This document shows positions 52,001 to 62,596 of a stretch of 64,000 bases of DNA, piece after piece. The position numbers and the translations under genes were made by a program. This stretch comes from Orbicella franksi (taxonomy: Eukaryota): assembly GCA_964199315.1 (NCBI GenBank), contig OZ116701.1, forward strand, positions 24,366,001 through 24,430,000, written 5' to 3'. How positions within the stretch are numbered: the first letter of the stretch is position 1; each line of letters opens with the position of its first letter. The notes under the pieces were generated by a model. That model saw only the letters and a list, made by a program, of their open reading frames with translations, did not search any database and had not been told where the DNA came from.

Positions 52001-55000
52001 ACGCAGAATTTGTGTGGTAAACATAGGTGCTAAATGGGACCTCTGCTCAATGAGAGTTATCTTTCTGATCTGAGCGTAACGGAAATTATAGCCAAAATTC
52101 TAAGTACTGGTAAGGGAAACAGTTTTTTTTCGTTAAAAAATTGAGTCCACTTTACGAAACAGCAACCAGAGGGCATTATCGTGCTGTGATCTGAAATAAG
52201 AACAAACAGGGTTTAGAAAGCCCGTTTCCGGTAGTTAGGTCATCTGGCGGAAAACGGACTTTTCTCGCTTGCAGTGCACCATTTTTTACCGACCAGTTTT
52301 CTGGTCGGTGAGGGACTGCAATGGGTTGAGATGTAAGAGAAGCTATAAACGTGGGTCTAACAAAGCTTGGCTTCAAGTAAATTCGATGAGCACAGTTTTC
52401 ACAGACAATTTAGTTGATCAGCTTTCTTTGTCCAGCCTCGCACCAACGAAAAATTCTCAGTTCACGCAAGCTGGCGACTTGGTGAGGCCCGTTTTAATAA
52501 AGGCTTTCGGCGATAACTCGGGTTCGAAACACCTTCCACGCACAAGATACAGACTGTTTTTTTCGATTTTGAGGAAGCACTGACCGGGAAACAGATTGCT
52601 AGGGTCATGTCAATTTATTGTGAAATTCACACGCATATCCAGTCATTTGAGGAATGATTTGAATGAGCGATAAGCAGGCGGGCTGTCAAATTAACTTCAC
52701 ACCCATCACTTTTCATGGCTACAATATGCAAATTAAATTTAATCTCTTGCAGGCGGAACAAGTCAAATAGTTTGAAAGCTCAAGAGAAACCTCGGAAGAC
52801 TGCGCTATTTAATGCGTGCGGTTCTCAATGTTATTTTGAAAATTAAGAATTCGCTTTTCAAGGCGCAAACTGTCATTACATTTAACAGGAAAATTTTGAG
52901 AGGGTGGTAAACGGGGGGTATAGATCATGTTTCACTGAAAATAAAACAGCCCTTTCACAATTCACGAAAAATATATTGACATTTCACGGGAAATAAGAGA
53001 AAGTGTTTTAGAAAATCACGGTTCACAGCTACTATGGAAATCACAATTCACGAGGAAAAAAATATACGTGTTCAGTTTCTGGTGTGCCGCTGGGACTTGC
53101 TGGGACCCCTCCACTTCCCGTTTTCTATTTTGCATCCCTATAAGACTAGACACCAAAAATCTCCATTCCTACCCCTATCCCTACCCTATTCCAGACTCGT
53201 TTGTTCTGTATACTTGCTGAAAACATGATTCCTTAAGAGAAACATTATTCTGTTATATCTTGTCTTAGGATTGTCAAGAGCTCAAAAGTAGACCGGAGAG
53301 TATTCTCTCATCTTGTTCTGGGTGAGTGACAACATCAATACAACTTGCATGTAGTTTATAGTTTCTTTTCAGTATTCATTTTATTATTGTTACTTCTGCA
53401 TCATATGTCTTTAAAGAAATTACCCTTAAAAAACGCTTTTATGTCTAACAGAGAATTTGACAGCTACATTAATATCGATCAATATCCGATACATTAATAT
53501 AGATTAATATCTTTCCACAGGGAGAAAAAGGAAACTATAGAAAATCTGGAAGGAGATCACCATAGCATTCTTAATATCCTCCTACAAAATCCTGAAGACT
53601 TCAACCTCAAACAGAAGCCTTCCGGAATAAAAGAGAACAAGATGTTCACGCTGGATATGAGAGAGATTCCAATATCATCTGCCAAAGCAGATGACGATGG
53701 GTCATATATCTCCAAAAGCTCTGCTACAAAGTTCTATATGTACAATGCGGAGGGGTCGCGCACATCCCACAAGGATGAAAATGGCAAATGGTACGTCAAC
53801 ATCAGAACCTTGAAAGGATACAAGAGACAAAACATTCCAGAAGACGAAATATACGAGCTTAGACGAGAGTACCACACAAGTAAGCACAATCCTGATTTCT
53901 CTCGATCGATTACCACAGTTAAAGCTTATACAGAAAAAGAACCAAGGCCCTTTTATGTTGTAATGTATAAATGGGCAGATGGGGTGGAACAACACTTTAA
54001 GCTTCCTCGGCACGGAAACGCCACCAAACCCACCAGTGGTCAATACTACAGGAAGGATCCCAGTCTTTTCGCCAAGGTCGATAATATGCTAGAAAAGGGA
54101 TTATCGACGGAGCAAGTTTATAATTCCATTGCCAGAAAGGGAGCCGGTACAGTTAGCGAAGTTATATCTGGTCCCAAGTTAGTTGACAACAGAAAGCTAT
54201 CGTTAAAGGCGAAAGAAACTTCAACTTGTTCCACTGGCAAGAAAAAATTCAAAAGTGAAGCAGAGGAGATGGTTTCCTGCCTACAAACCGTTTCTCTCCT
54301 CCAAAGTGTAACATTCACGAAAGAAAGTTACATTGCTTTCAATAGTCTCCCCAACATGATCAATGACTTACACCGCTTCTGCGTAAATGGCAATGTGATA
54401 CTCTGTGTGGACACAACATTCGAACTTGTCGAAGGGCTGTGGCTCACTGACATGACTTACACAAATGAAGCCCTCACTAATTTGAATGGTAAAAACCCAG
54501 AGTTCCCTGGGCCCAACTTTTGGCACTTTCGCAAAACCAGGGACTGTTATCGAAGATTTGCTGGCGAGCTTGTGATTAAGAAGCCAGAGCTGCTCGGAAT
54601 TAAAAAGATTGGCCATGACTTAGATAAAGCACTATCACAAGGACTATGTGACATTTTTACAGATGCCAAGAAGCTTTGGTGCACTCAGCATATGCAAGAG
54701 CACGATCTCCAAAAGCTCAAATCTCTTGGGTGTAACCAACGGTCTCAGTCGAGGGTGATGGCTGATATATATGGAATGCAAGATGATGTTCTTCTACAGA
54801 ATGGTTTAGCAGACACTGAGGACGAATGCGATTTTGACGCTAGACTGGAAAGTTTAAAGCCTGTGTGGGAAGAAATAGCCCCTGGTTTCCACCATTGGTT
54901 CAACAGCAACCGATCGAAGCTGTTCAAAGATTGCCTCGTTCTCTCAGCAAGGGAAAGTCTGAGCATTGAAGGCAGATTTTACACAAATGGGCTCGAATTA

Positions 55001-56184
55001 AAGCACAAGCTTCAAAAGAAGAAAATGGCCGAAGAGGATGTCCCTAAAGAGGTGGCAGCCGTTACTTCCCAACTGCTCACGTGGGCAGAGGACTTCTACT
55101 TGGAAGAAGAGAGGGCTATACAAGGTCTCGGAAAGTACCGTCTTGCCGCCGGATATGACCGTTTTCAAGTAGATCCCGTAACGTGGAACAGATGGGGCCC
55201 AGCAAGGCAGGCTCAACATCTGGAAGCTTTCAGAGCCTTTGTACCAGGCTTGTATGACACCTACGTCAAGGCGAAGTCTGCTGGTCTGAAAGTGACTCCA
55301 AATGCTACGAAAAGAAGAATGCATTTACCTGAACCAGAATTATTTACGGACCGCATTTCACCACCAGCTTGCAAGAAGGTAGCTGTTTCACCGTTGGTCA
55401 TCTCTAAAGTTGGCAAAGAAGCCAAATGGACGGTAAATATTTAGATACGACATAGACATAAAAACGTAATGCTATTGATAGTACCCCTTTAGATAGAAAG
55501 CAATCATAAAGTTAGTAACGCTGTCAAGTTAAAGTGTGATTCTGTGAAAACTGACCAAATTCGGAGTTTTACAGGTTGTTGAAACTGGAGAAAACATCAA
55601 TGTGTCTCAGTCGACCGTGTTTTGTTTTATCAACTTGATTAATAAAATAAAAGCGAAATTTTAATAACTACAGTCACATACCATTTATTGAAATATTGCA
55701 ACAGTTATATTGTGGAGCTAAGGTAACTCATTCCATTATTGATGCTCGCAATGTCTTTTGTTTTTGTTTTTCTTTGTGTTTCATTGTTTAGGTAAAACCA
55801 AAGAAGGATGCTCCAAACCTGCAATTACTGGATCCAGACAGAATTTCTGGGCAGCAGTACGAGCTAGTTTGTAGAAATGACCATAAACTTTGTCCAAAAA
55901 ACATGCAAAGGTGTGAACAGTGCAGGGTCGCATTTCACCAGGCTGACATCGTGTTGGTCAAGACGGTTGGAATTCGTGAACGGACAGACAAGAAGACAGG
56001 AAAGGTTGTGAAATACGCGGGGAATGTGTATCTCCATTATCTCACAAAGTGTCTCAAAGAGTTCGATCAGCGTTTCTCATTCTCTGCCATAACCGTGCCA
56101 GCAAGAACACTTACATTCTTACCTGAAGGGAGCCACAACAGCTTTGTAGCGAAAGGGTTACAAGTTGAACATGATGAAAAGTAA
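49073..56184 (+). CDS. MULE transposase, six-exon model (49073-49112, 51035-51073, 51232-51296, 53269-53321, 53521-55432, 55792-56184), 833 aa
   Basis: All introns are GT-AG with matching phases (2502 nt, no internal stop). Motifs: LCVDTTF (D), PEFPGP..WH..K, KIGHDLDKAL (D), WCTQH (CxxH), FYTNGLELKH (E), C-terminal CEQC...H...C. The large exon is secure; the small 5' exons are a manual prediction. Confidence 0.8.
49115..50852 (-). mobile_element. 5'-truncated RTE-clade LINE with a 12-bp TSD
   Basis: Uninterrupted 500-aa RT ORF 49224-50726 (KLPKKGDL..C.NWRGI, FIDFEKAFDSVHR, VKQGC, LDFADD, RRRRWNWIGH, GRPKTTWRR); GATATAG-type tail at ~49115-49140; TSD CATATCTCAAGT (49103-49114 / 50853-50864). 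Confidence 0.95.
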
Positions 56185-56221
56185 CTTAGTGTGGTATTTT
56201 CGAACATGATAACATTAACTC

Positions 56222-57108
56222 GTGCCTTAACAGTGTCGAAGTCAGTGAGCATCACCTGTCTTGGTAATTATATTACGCTATGTCGCCTCAACATTGAAAT
56301 GCATTCAGAGATATGTTAGGAAATCTTTTTATAGTTGTTGTTCTTGTTTTGTTATAGTTTTTTATATGTAAAGGGAGAGACACTTGTGCCTTAACAGTGT
56401 CAAAGTCAGTGAGCTTCACCTGTTTTGGTAATTACATTAAGCACTTTCTCTTCGATAAGGAAATACATTCAGAGATATGTCAGGTTATCGTTTTATAATT
56501 GTGGGTCTTGAAAAGTTTTCGATATAAAGGGAGAGACGCTAGTGCCTTGACAGTGTTGAAGTCAGTGAGCTTCACCTGTTTTGGTAATTACATTAAGCAC
56601 TTTCTATTCGATAAGGAAATGAACTCAAATATATGTTAGGTTATCGTTTTATAATTGTGGGTCTTGATAAATTTTTGATGTAAAGGGAGAGACACTTGTG
56701 CCTTAACAGTGTCAAAGTCAGTGAGCTTCACCTGTTTTGGTAATTACATTAAGCACTTTCTATTCGATAAGGAAATGAACTCAAATATATGTTAGGTTAT
56801 CGTTTTATAATTGTGGGTCTTGATGAATTTTTTATGTAAAGGGAGAGACACTTGTGCCTTAACAGTGACGAAGTCAGTGAGCTTCACCTGTTTTGGTAAT
56901 TACATTAAGCACTTTCTCTTCGATAAGGAAATATATTCAGAGATAGGTTATCGTTAAGAATTGTGGGTCTTGATAAGTTTTTGATGTAAAGGGAAAGACA
57001 CTTGTTCCTTAACAGTGTCGAAGTCAGTGAGCTCCACCTGTTTTAGTCATCCTGGTTTAGGTAATTACATTAAGCACATTCTCCTCGAGAACGAAATGCA
57101 TTCAGAGA
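56222..57108 (+). repeat. Tandem array of ~156-bp units (~5.7 copies) in the MULE 3' region
   Basis: GTGCCTTAACAGTG...AAGTCAGTGAGC recurs at 56222, 56386, 56542, 56698, 56854 and 57004. Confidence 0.92.
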
Positions 57109-58089
57109 AATATATTTTTAAGTAGGAATAGGCACTTGTTCGGTAAATCAATAAAGTAAATTAGAAGGATGAGTATGTCTCATATTTAATTTATTATTAC
57201 GTTATGAAATGTTGAGGGCCTGCCTGCAGTCAGGATCGTCAACGTCAGCCCCTTTAAAAAGAACTCCTTCAGCACCAAGATATGAAGTCTTTAGCAGAGA
57301 TAAATTTCATATCTCCAAGCAACCATGTAATATTCTGTTTATTATAACAAAAACCTACTAATTACGATGTTTTTGAAGATTTTCCGAAGATTTCAAAAGA
57401 TTTGCAAAATGTTGTCCGAAGGTCATATGAATGTCTCCGAACATTTTCCGAATTTTTTCGAGAATTTCCGAAGATTGCCGAAGATTGACAAGGAAGATCT
57501 GATGATGTTTTGACTTAATATCGATTTACTTTCGCTCATTCAGCATTTAAACATGGCAAACTTGTCACAAAATGTTTCGAAATCGATATCTTAACATCGG
57601 GGAGCCCTGGGGACGAGTTTAGTCAAACAAGACAGTGTTAACTATCAGAGGCATTTTTGGTCGTTTTGGAATATTTTGCTTCATTTTGGGTCGTTTTGGA
57701 TCGTTTTGGGTTCGTTGTGGATGGTTGTGGGTCGTTTTGGGTCGTTTTGGGTGGTTCTTCGTTTTAGTACTTACGATTGAAATTGGCATCTCAAAGAACA
57801 GGCCTCTTAATATTTTAAGAGAGGTAATGATACCAGTAAAATTAAACACCACTAGTGCATGAGCATTTTTTACACCTTCCTCAAGAGCAGCACATAAGGA
57901 GCTTTTCTACTGACAGATGGTACTGGTGATTCCAGATTTAAAGCATCAACAATCATTTACAGCATGGCAACTTTCAGCTTTCTAAGCTTTCTATCCCAAA
58001 CTAAACTGTAAATATTGAACGGAAAAGGACCGCTTTCCTTGCTGAGGCGAAGTTATATTCTTCCTCTACCACACGAAGATCTATTTCGA

Positions 58090-58613
58090 AAACTAGTTGA
58101 GAGCGCCCTTTTGCAGAAAGGCAGGAAAAGTACAAGGAAATCTGCTAGGCGGAAAGAAATTCAGAGCTTGCAAAGAGTTTTTCTCCACCAGCGTCTTTGG
58201 CGTGTCTCATTTCCGTGGTGACGACCTCGGGATTTATTTTCTTGCTGTTCCTTGCACGATATTGAACTTTGCCTCCAAATATTCCCGTTGCTTTTCATTG
58301 AACTTGTACGGTTTTTTCCACCCCTCAAGGCCCACCCTTCGTCAGAAAAAAGTGATGCTACGTTGGAAAACGTGGGTTAAAATGGTGTCTTAGGATTACG
58401 GTAAATTGACCATTGCACATTACCTGGCCTTGTAAGAAGCAGCTTCCACTCGAAGTCAACACCAGAATCATTGCTGATTTTTTGAAATGCAAGATGATTA
58501 TACATTTTCTTTGTACATACTTGTATGGTAACGCATTTTATATCAGCAGGTCTTTCCTTACTCGAACTGCACTCTCCACCCACTAGCGATGAAGAACCAC
58601 AAGCGCATGCCAT
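58090..58613 (-). pseudogene. Internally deleted Sola-like transposase relic (N-terminal exon next to the C-terminus)
   Basis: Cys-rich N-terminus CGSSSLVGGEC...EWKLLLTRPG|gt, then WALRGGKKPYKFNEKQREYLEAKFNI...KINPEVV..EMR.AKD...SEFLS..QIS.YFS, homologous to the C-terminus at 31744-32100. The catalytic core is absent. Confidence 0.55.
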
Positions 58614-59064
58614 GATAGAATATAAATAGTTAGTCAGAAAGCATTTGCTGTGAAGTGAAGTGTGTGCTGCAAATAACTTTTACCTGAACTACTCATGCTC
58701 AGTAGCTAGTCAAATCGATCCCTATCTCAGGCAACTTCTTGCTGATCACATTGTCACGCAACACAATTTAGGGATGTGATTGGGGACAAGTATTTTCACT
58801 GGCCTAAAAATCAAATCTTCATTGAGGTAAACTTTATGAAAAAAGTAGCAATGTGATGAATAGCGTATTGAGAATTCCAAAGCTAGGAATCAATCTCTTA
58901 ATTAACGTTTTAGAGGATTTTTGTTTCATGTAATAATGTCTACTATTTTTATTTTCAAAGCTCAAGTAAGATATTTAATCATAAAGTAAGAAACATAAAT
59001 GTCTTAGTGATATACACCAATTCTGGAATAGACCATATCTCAAACTTTTTCGTGAATGGAAATT

Positions 59065-59830
59065 TTGTTTATTTATTAAGCTTCGGCCTACTATTACACA
59101 TAAAGAAAAAAACAAAAAACAAAAAACAAACAAAAAAACAAAAAAACAAAAACAAAAAACAAAATGCCCAGGGGAGCTGCTACAGCTTAGCCAATTACAG
59201 CGGCCCCCTTAGATATAATTAAGAGACAAAATTATACAATATATATAAATCTAAATCTAGTAAAGGGAGCTTAAAAGCAGCAATGTAGTGGGCGCGTTAA
59301 GGTCTTGGTGGTATTGCACTTTGGGCAAATTGTCCGCAATTTGGCATGATCGACTTTGTCAAACGCCTTACTCATATCAAGATAAATAACGTCCGTCTGC
59401 CTCCCAGCGTCGAACTGCGCCCCTACGTAGTCAAGAACGCTGGTTAGTTGAGTAACGCAGGACCTGCCAGCTAAGAAGCCATGTTGGAAGAGGCTTATCT
59501 TGTGATGTAAGTGATCTTTCAGTCCCGCTAATACACAGCGCTCAAGTACCTTTGAGATAACAGGGAGAAGGGAGATTGGGCGATAGTTCTCAACGAGCTC
59601 ACGTTTCCCTGTCTTGAAGATTGTGACCAAGTTTGCGAGTTTCAAGTCTGAAGGAACCACTCCTAGCCGCAGGGATTTGTTGAACAGCTTCGTGAGAGAT
59701 GGTGCGATCTGTTCAGAGGTTTCTTTTAATAGACGGGAAGGGATTCCGTCAGGACCCGTTGCCTTATTTACATCCAGCTGCCTTAAATAGGCCAAAACCT
59801 CTGTGACTGAGATCTGTAAGTCAACAAATA
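59065..59830 (-). mobile_element. CR1-group LINE fragment with an internal deletion
   Basis: KATGPDGI, NYRPISLLPVISKVLER, QHGFL.GRSC.TQL, YLDMSKAFDKVDH joined directly to the C-terminal TICPKC segment; T-rich 3' UTR (A-rich on plus, 59103-59163) and an AATAAATAAAC tail. Confidence 0.85.
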
Positions 59831-60275
59831 GGGGCCCATCTAAAGGTGATGGCCGTGCTGGATGCCTATAAAAATACTACAGCAAAGCAGGCAAGTGTTT
59901 ACTAGTGGTAGTGATATTGTAAAGTTTAGCGTGACGTTCCTTGTTTAATTAAATTATAGTTGTTGTCTATGTTTTAAGGATATCCCTTTCACGTTTCACA
60001 AATTTTGTATTTCCGTTACTTGAGTGGCTATCTGTACTTGTTATAACAAAAGTATTAGTTATATTGCATGATATCCATGTCAAAAAGGATCCATCGAAGC
60101 CATAGGCAAGTTCACTACTGTGTGAAATAGTTTGTGACTCATAATAAAGTACTACAGTAGTGCTATTGAAAAAAACAAACAGATTGGTCTATTGATAAGC
60201 TGAGTTGTATAAACTTGTTTGAACTTCATATATTGGAGTTATTTCAATTCTTTACCTTAAAAGATTTAGTGGAAA

Positions 60276-60410
60276 TGTGTGGTTCCAGAAAATATCCATA
60301 CCCCCCCACAGATGGGCAATGGAAATTTGTAGGGGGTGGGGGGGCTAAAAGATAGAAATTTCCGAGGGGTATGGGGGTGCCAACGAGAACAATTTTCCAG
60401 GGTTATCCAC
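60276..60410 (+). mobile_element. Left end of a TGTGTGGTTCCAGAAAATATCCATACCC-type MITE
   Basis: Terminus recognised from memory as a common invertebrate MITE end. No matching right TIR seen. Confidence 0.4.
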
Positions 60411-61118
60411 AAACGACGCGAAGTGTGCGAAACAAACTTACCTGAATTATTTTGATTTGTAGCGCCATAAAATTTGAAACAGATGCCCTTTCCAAAAAGA
60501 AATTCAAGATGTTAGTCTGAAACGCCTTTTTCTTTGCTGGGAGATCGTGGTCATCCTTTGGACGAAGCATCATTCACTTTACTTTTGCGCACTCTGCACG
60601 CAAGATAAATCAAGATGGCCGACCGTAGCAAGTTAGTACCCAGATCCCTAGGTCTCATGTCTACCGGAAGAAAACATAATTCTACACCGGAAGTTTATTT
60701 TTTCTTTATTAACTTTAACTGTCAATCCTCACTAGATCTGTAAAAGTTAAATGTGCAAAATTATACACAAAGTGAGCACTAAAATGATTTATAAACTCAT
60801 AAATATTTTCATCAAGAAGCCTTTTCTTAGAAATTAGAACTTTCCTTGTTTTTCCGCATGGTTAGCGGGCAATTACAACACCCACTGGATTGATGAGTCC
60901 TTTTTAATTTTATGACTTGAACAAAACGTACAAAACAACTTAATGCGAAATTGATAAAAGAGCCGAAGTATTTAATTCGCTACAGTGTAGCAAACGTATT
61001 ACTTGCAAAATATTCGGTACCTAGAGGATTCACCGCTTAGCATATGGAGTCATCGCTATCGCTCTCGGTAGGCTGGCTTTCAACTCTTAACAATTGTTTT
61101 CAAGCTTCCGTTGCTTTC

Positions 61119-62024
61119 TTAAGGGCATCCTGGGCCCATCTGAGCATCTAAGTCTTTCTCAATCTCATCTACTCTGGCGGAGGCTAGTTTTCGTTCAGAC
61201 TTATCTGTACTGTCAACAAATTCCTGCCTGGCTGTTGTTAAATTTTCTTGGGTTTTTCGCAAAGCGGAAATGGCTGCATCGACACATTCCGTGTTTTTCT
61301 CAACTGTCTTCTTCAACATTTGAAACTTTTTCAGTTCATCAGTTGAACATTTTGAGGCGATTTCCTTGTTGACTTCCTCGATTTGATCTTTTAAAATGTC
61401 AGTTTTCTTTAGTGACCACGCAACATTGATCGCTCCTTGGATCTCTCCAGGCTTGAAGGTCTTGAGAGCGTTGCTCCTGCATAATTCTTCTGCTTTGTCA
61501 TTCCAAAACTGTCAGTACGACTTTTGTATACCTGTGCTTTCATTGACCTCTTGCTCACTGAATATCTTCACCTTTCGCGCTCTAGCTGCCGAAAAAGGTG
61601 TAGGAGAAGGTCGTGGTGTTGCTGTGCTGGGTCAAATATGTCAAATAGTGTCGGTTGGTGACTGATCTTGGTTTTTTTGTGGTGGAACTTGATCTTGATC
61701 GCCATCTCTTGACTTAGTTGGCACGTGGTTTAAGTCTGGTTCATTGGCCTTTAAGTTGATCACTTGTTCTCTAAGCAAGTAAACTGCAAAATTAGTTTCT
61801 TCCTTTAGCACACACTGGCTCAATTTTATAGCAGCTTCTTGTTTGACACCAATGACGATGCACTTGTTGTTTAGCAATCTGGTGAACTTGTAATGCGGTG
61901 GCAACACGTCGCTGACCTGTTCATCTAAAGTGTCATGGCGAAACGTTTTCAGGCTAATATCAAAATTCTCGATTATCACTGAGCAAGAAATACTTTCGTT
62001 CACATAAACAAGGAGATCCAACAT
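61119..62024 (-). pseudogene. Unknown protein: ubiquitin-like N-terminus, HMG-box-like segment and coiled coil; three in-frame TGA stops
   Basis: Track ORFs 61641-62024 and 61119-61319 share a frame. The sequence between them reads ...SY*QFWNDKAEELCRSNALKTFKPGEIQGAINVAWSLKK. Domain calls rest on pattern resemblance only. Confidence 0.5.
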
Positions 62025-62596
62025 GTTTGTGATAACTTTGAAAACAAGGTGACTGGCAGTTTTGAAACTCTCATGGGAGTGATTGGCGGATTTGACAAGT
62101 TAACATTTCCTCTCTTGACAGTTCGCACGTTTGAATTGGCCGGTTCAAATAGAAACCATGTAAAAGTTGTCAGAAAGCTGTCAAAATTTTAACTTAATGT
62201 AAAGCACTTTTGAGTATGTTTGTCTAGTTCTAGCGCTATACAAGTCTATTATTATTATTATTAAAATGTAATCAAAAAGCATTCTAAGGTGGCAACGGTG
62301 CCGTGCGCTTTAAATTCTCATTAAAGTGGGAAATACTAAGTTAAAAAAAATAGAGAATAAAAATGGTTTAAAACGTGGTAAACTGGATATTTTTTTACAG
62401 TTTTCCAGTCTGAACGTGAAAAATGATCACTTCGAGAGCGTGTTTTAAATCAGTTGCGCTTTGTCGGAATTTGTCACCTTTTGTCAGTTTCAAATAATCA
62501 GCAATATTGTGCGTGACACGTTTGCGATCCCTTTACTTCGCGTACAGATAGCTTTGTAAGACAACCGGGTATAGCGTGTACTACTGCTAGTTTAGC

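Larger units (their letters stand above)
48212..57775 (+). mobile_element. Full-length Mutator-like element (MULE), 9564 bp including a nested RTE
   Basis: TIRs 48212-48423 and 57597-57775 (CGTA(GC/AG)TACTAAAACG..., internal AAAACGACCC repeats, ending GGGCTCCCCGA); exact 10-bp TSD ATTGAAATTG (48202-48211 / 57776-57785); internal MULE transposase. Confidence 0.92.

Noticed and set aside
56222-57108. CRISPR-like array
   Set aside because: Whole units are repeated with no unique spacers, the context is eukaryotic and there are no cas genes.
48212-57775. Two independent copies of a dispersed repeat that happen to be inverted
   Set aside because: An exact 10-bp duplication abuts both outer ends and a MULE transposase lies between them.
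47936-58762. TGTTGCGTGACAAT inverted match as TIRs of a larger element around the MULE
   Set aside because: Only ~14 bp match, no outward extension and no TSD.
59103-59163. (AAAAAAC)n tract as an independent microsatellite or poly(A) tail
   Set aside because: It lies in the T-rich 3' UTR of the minus-strand LINE.
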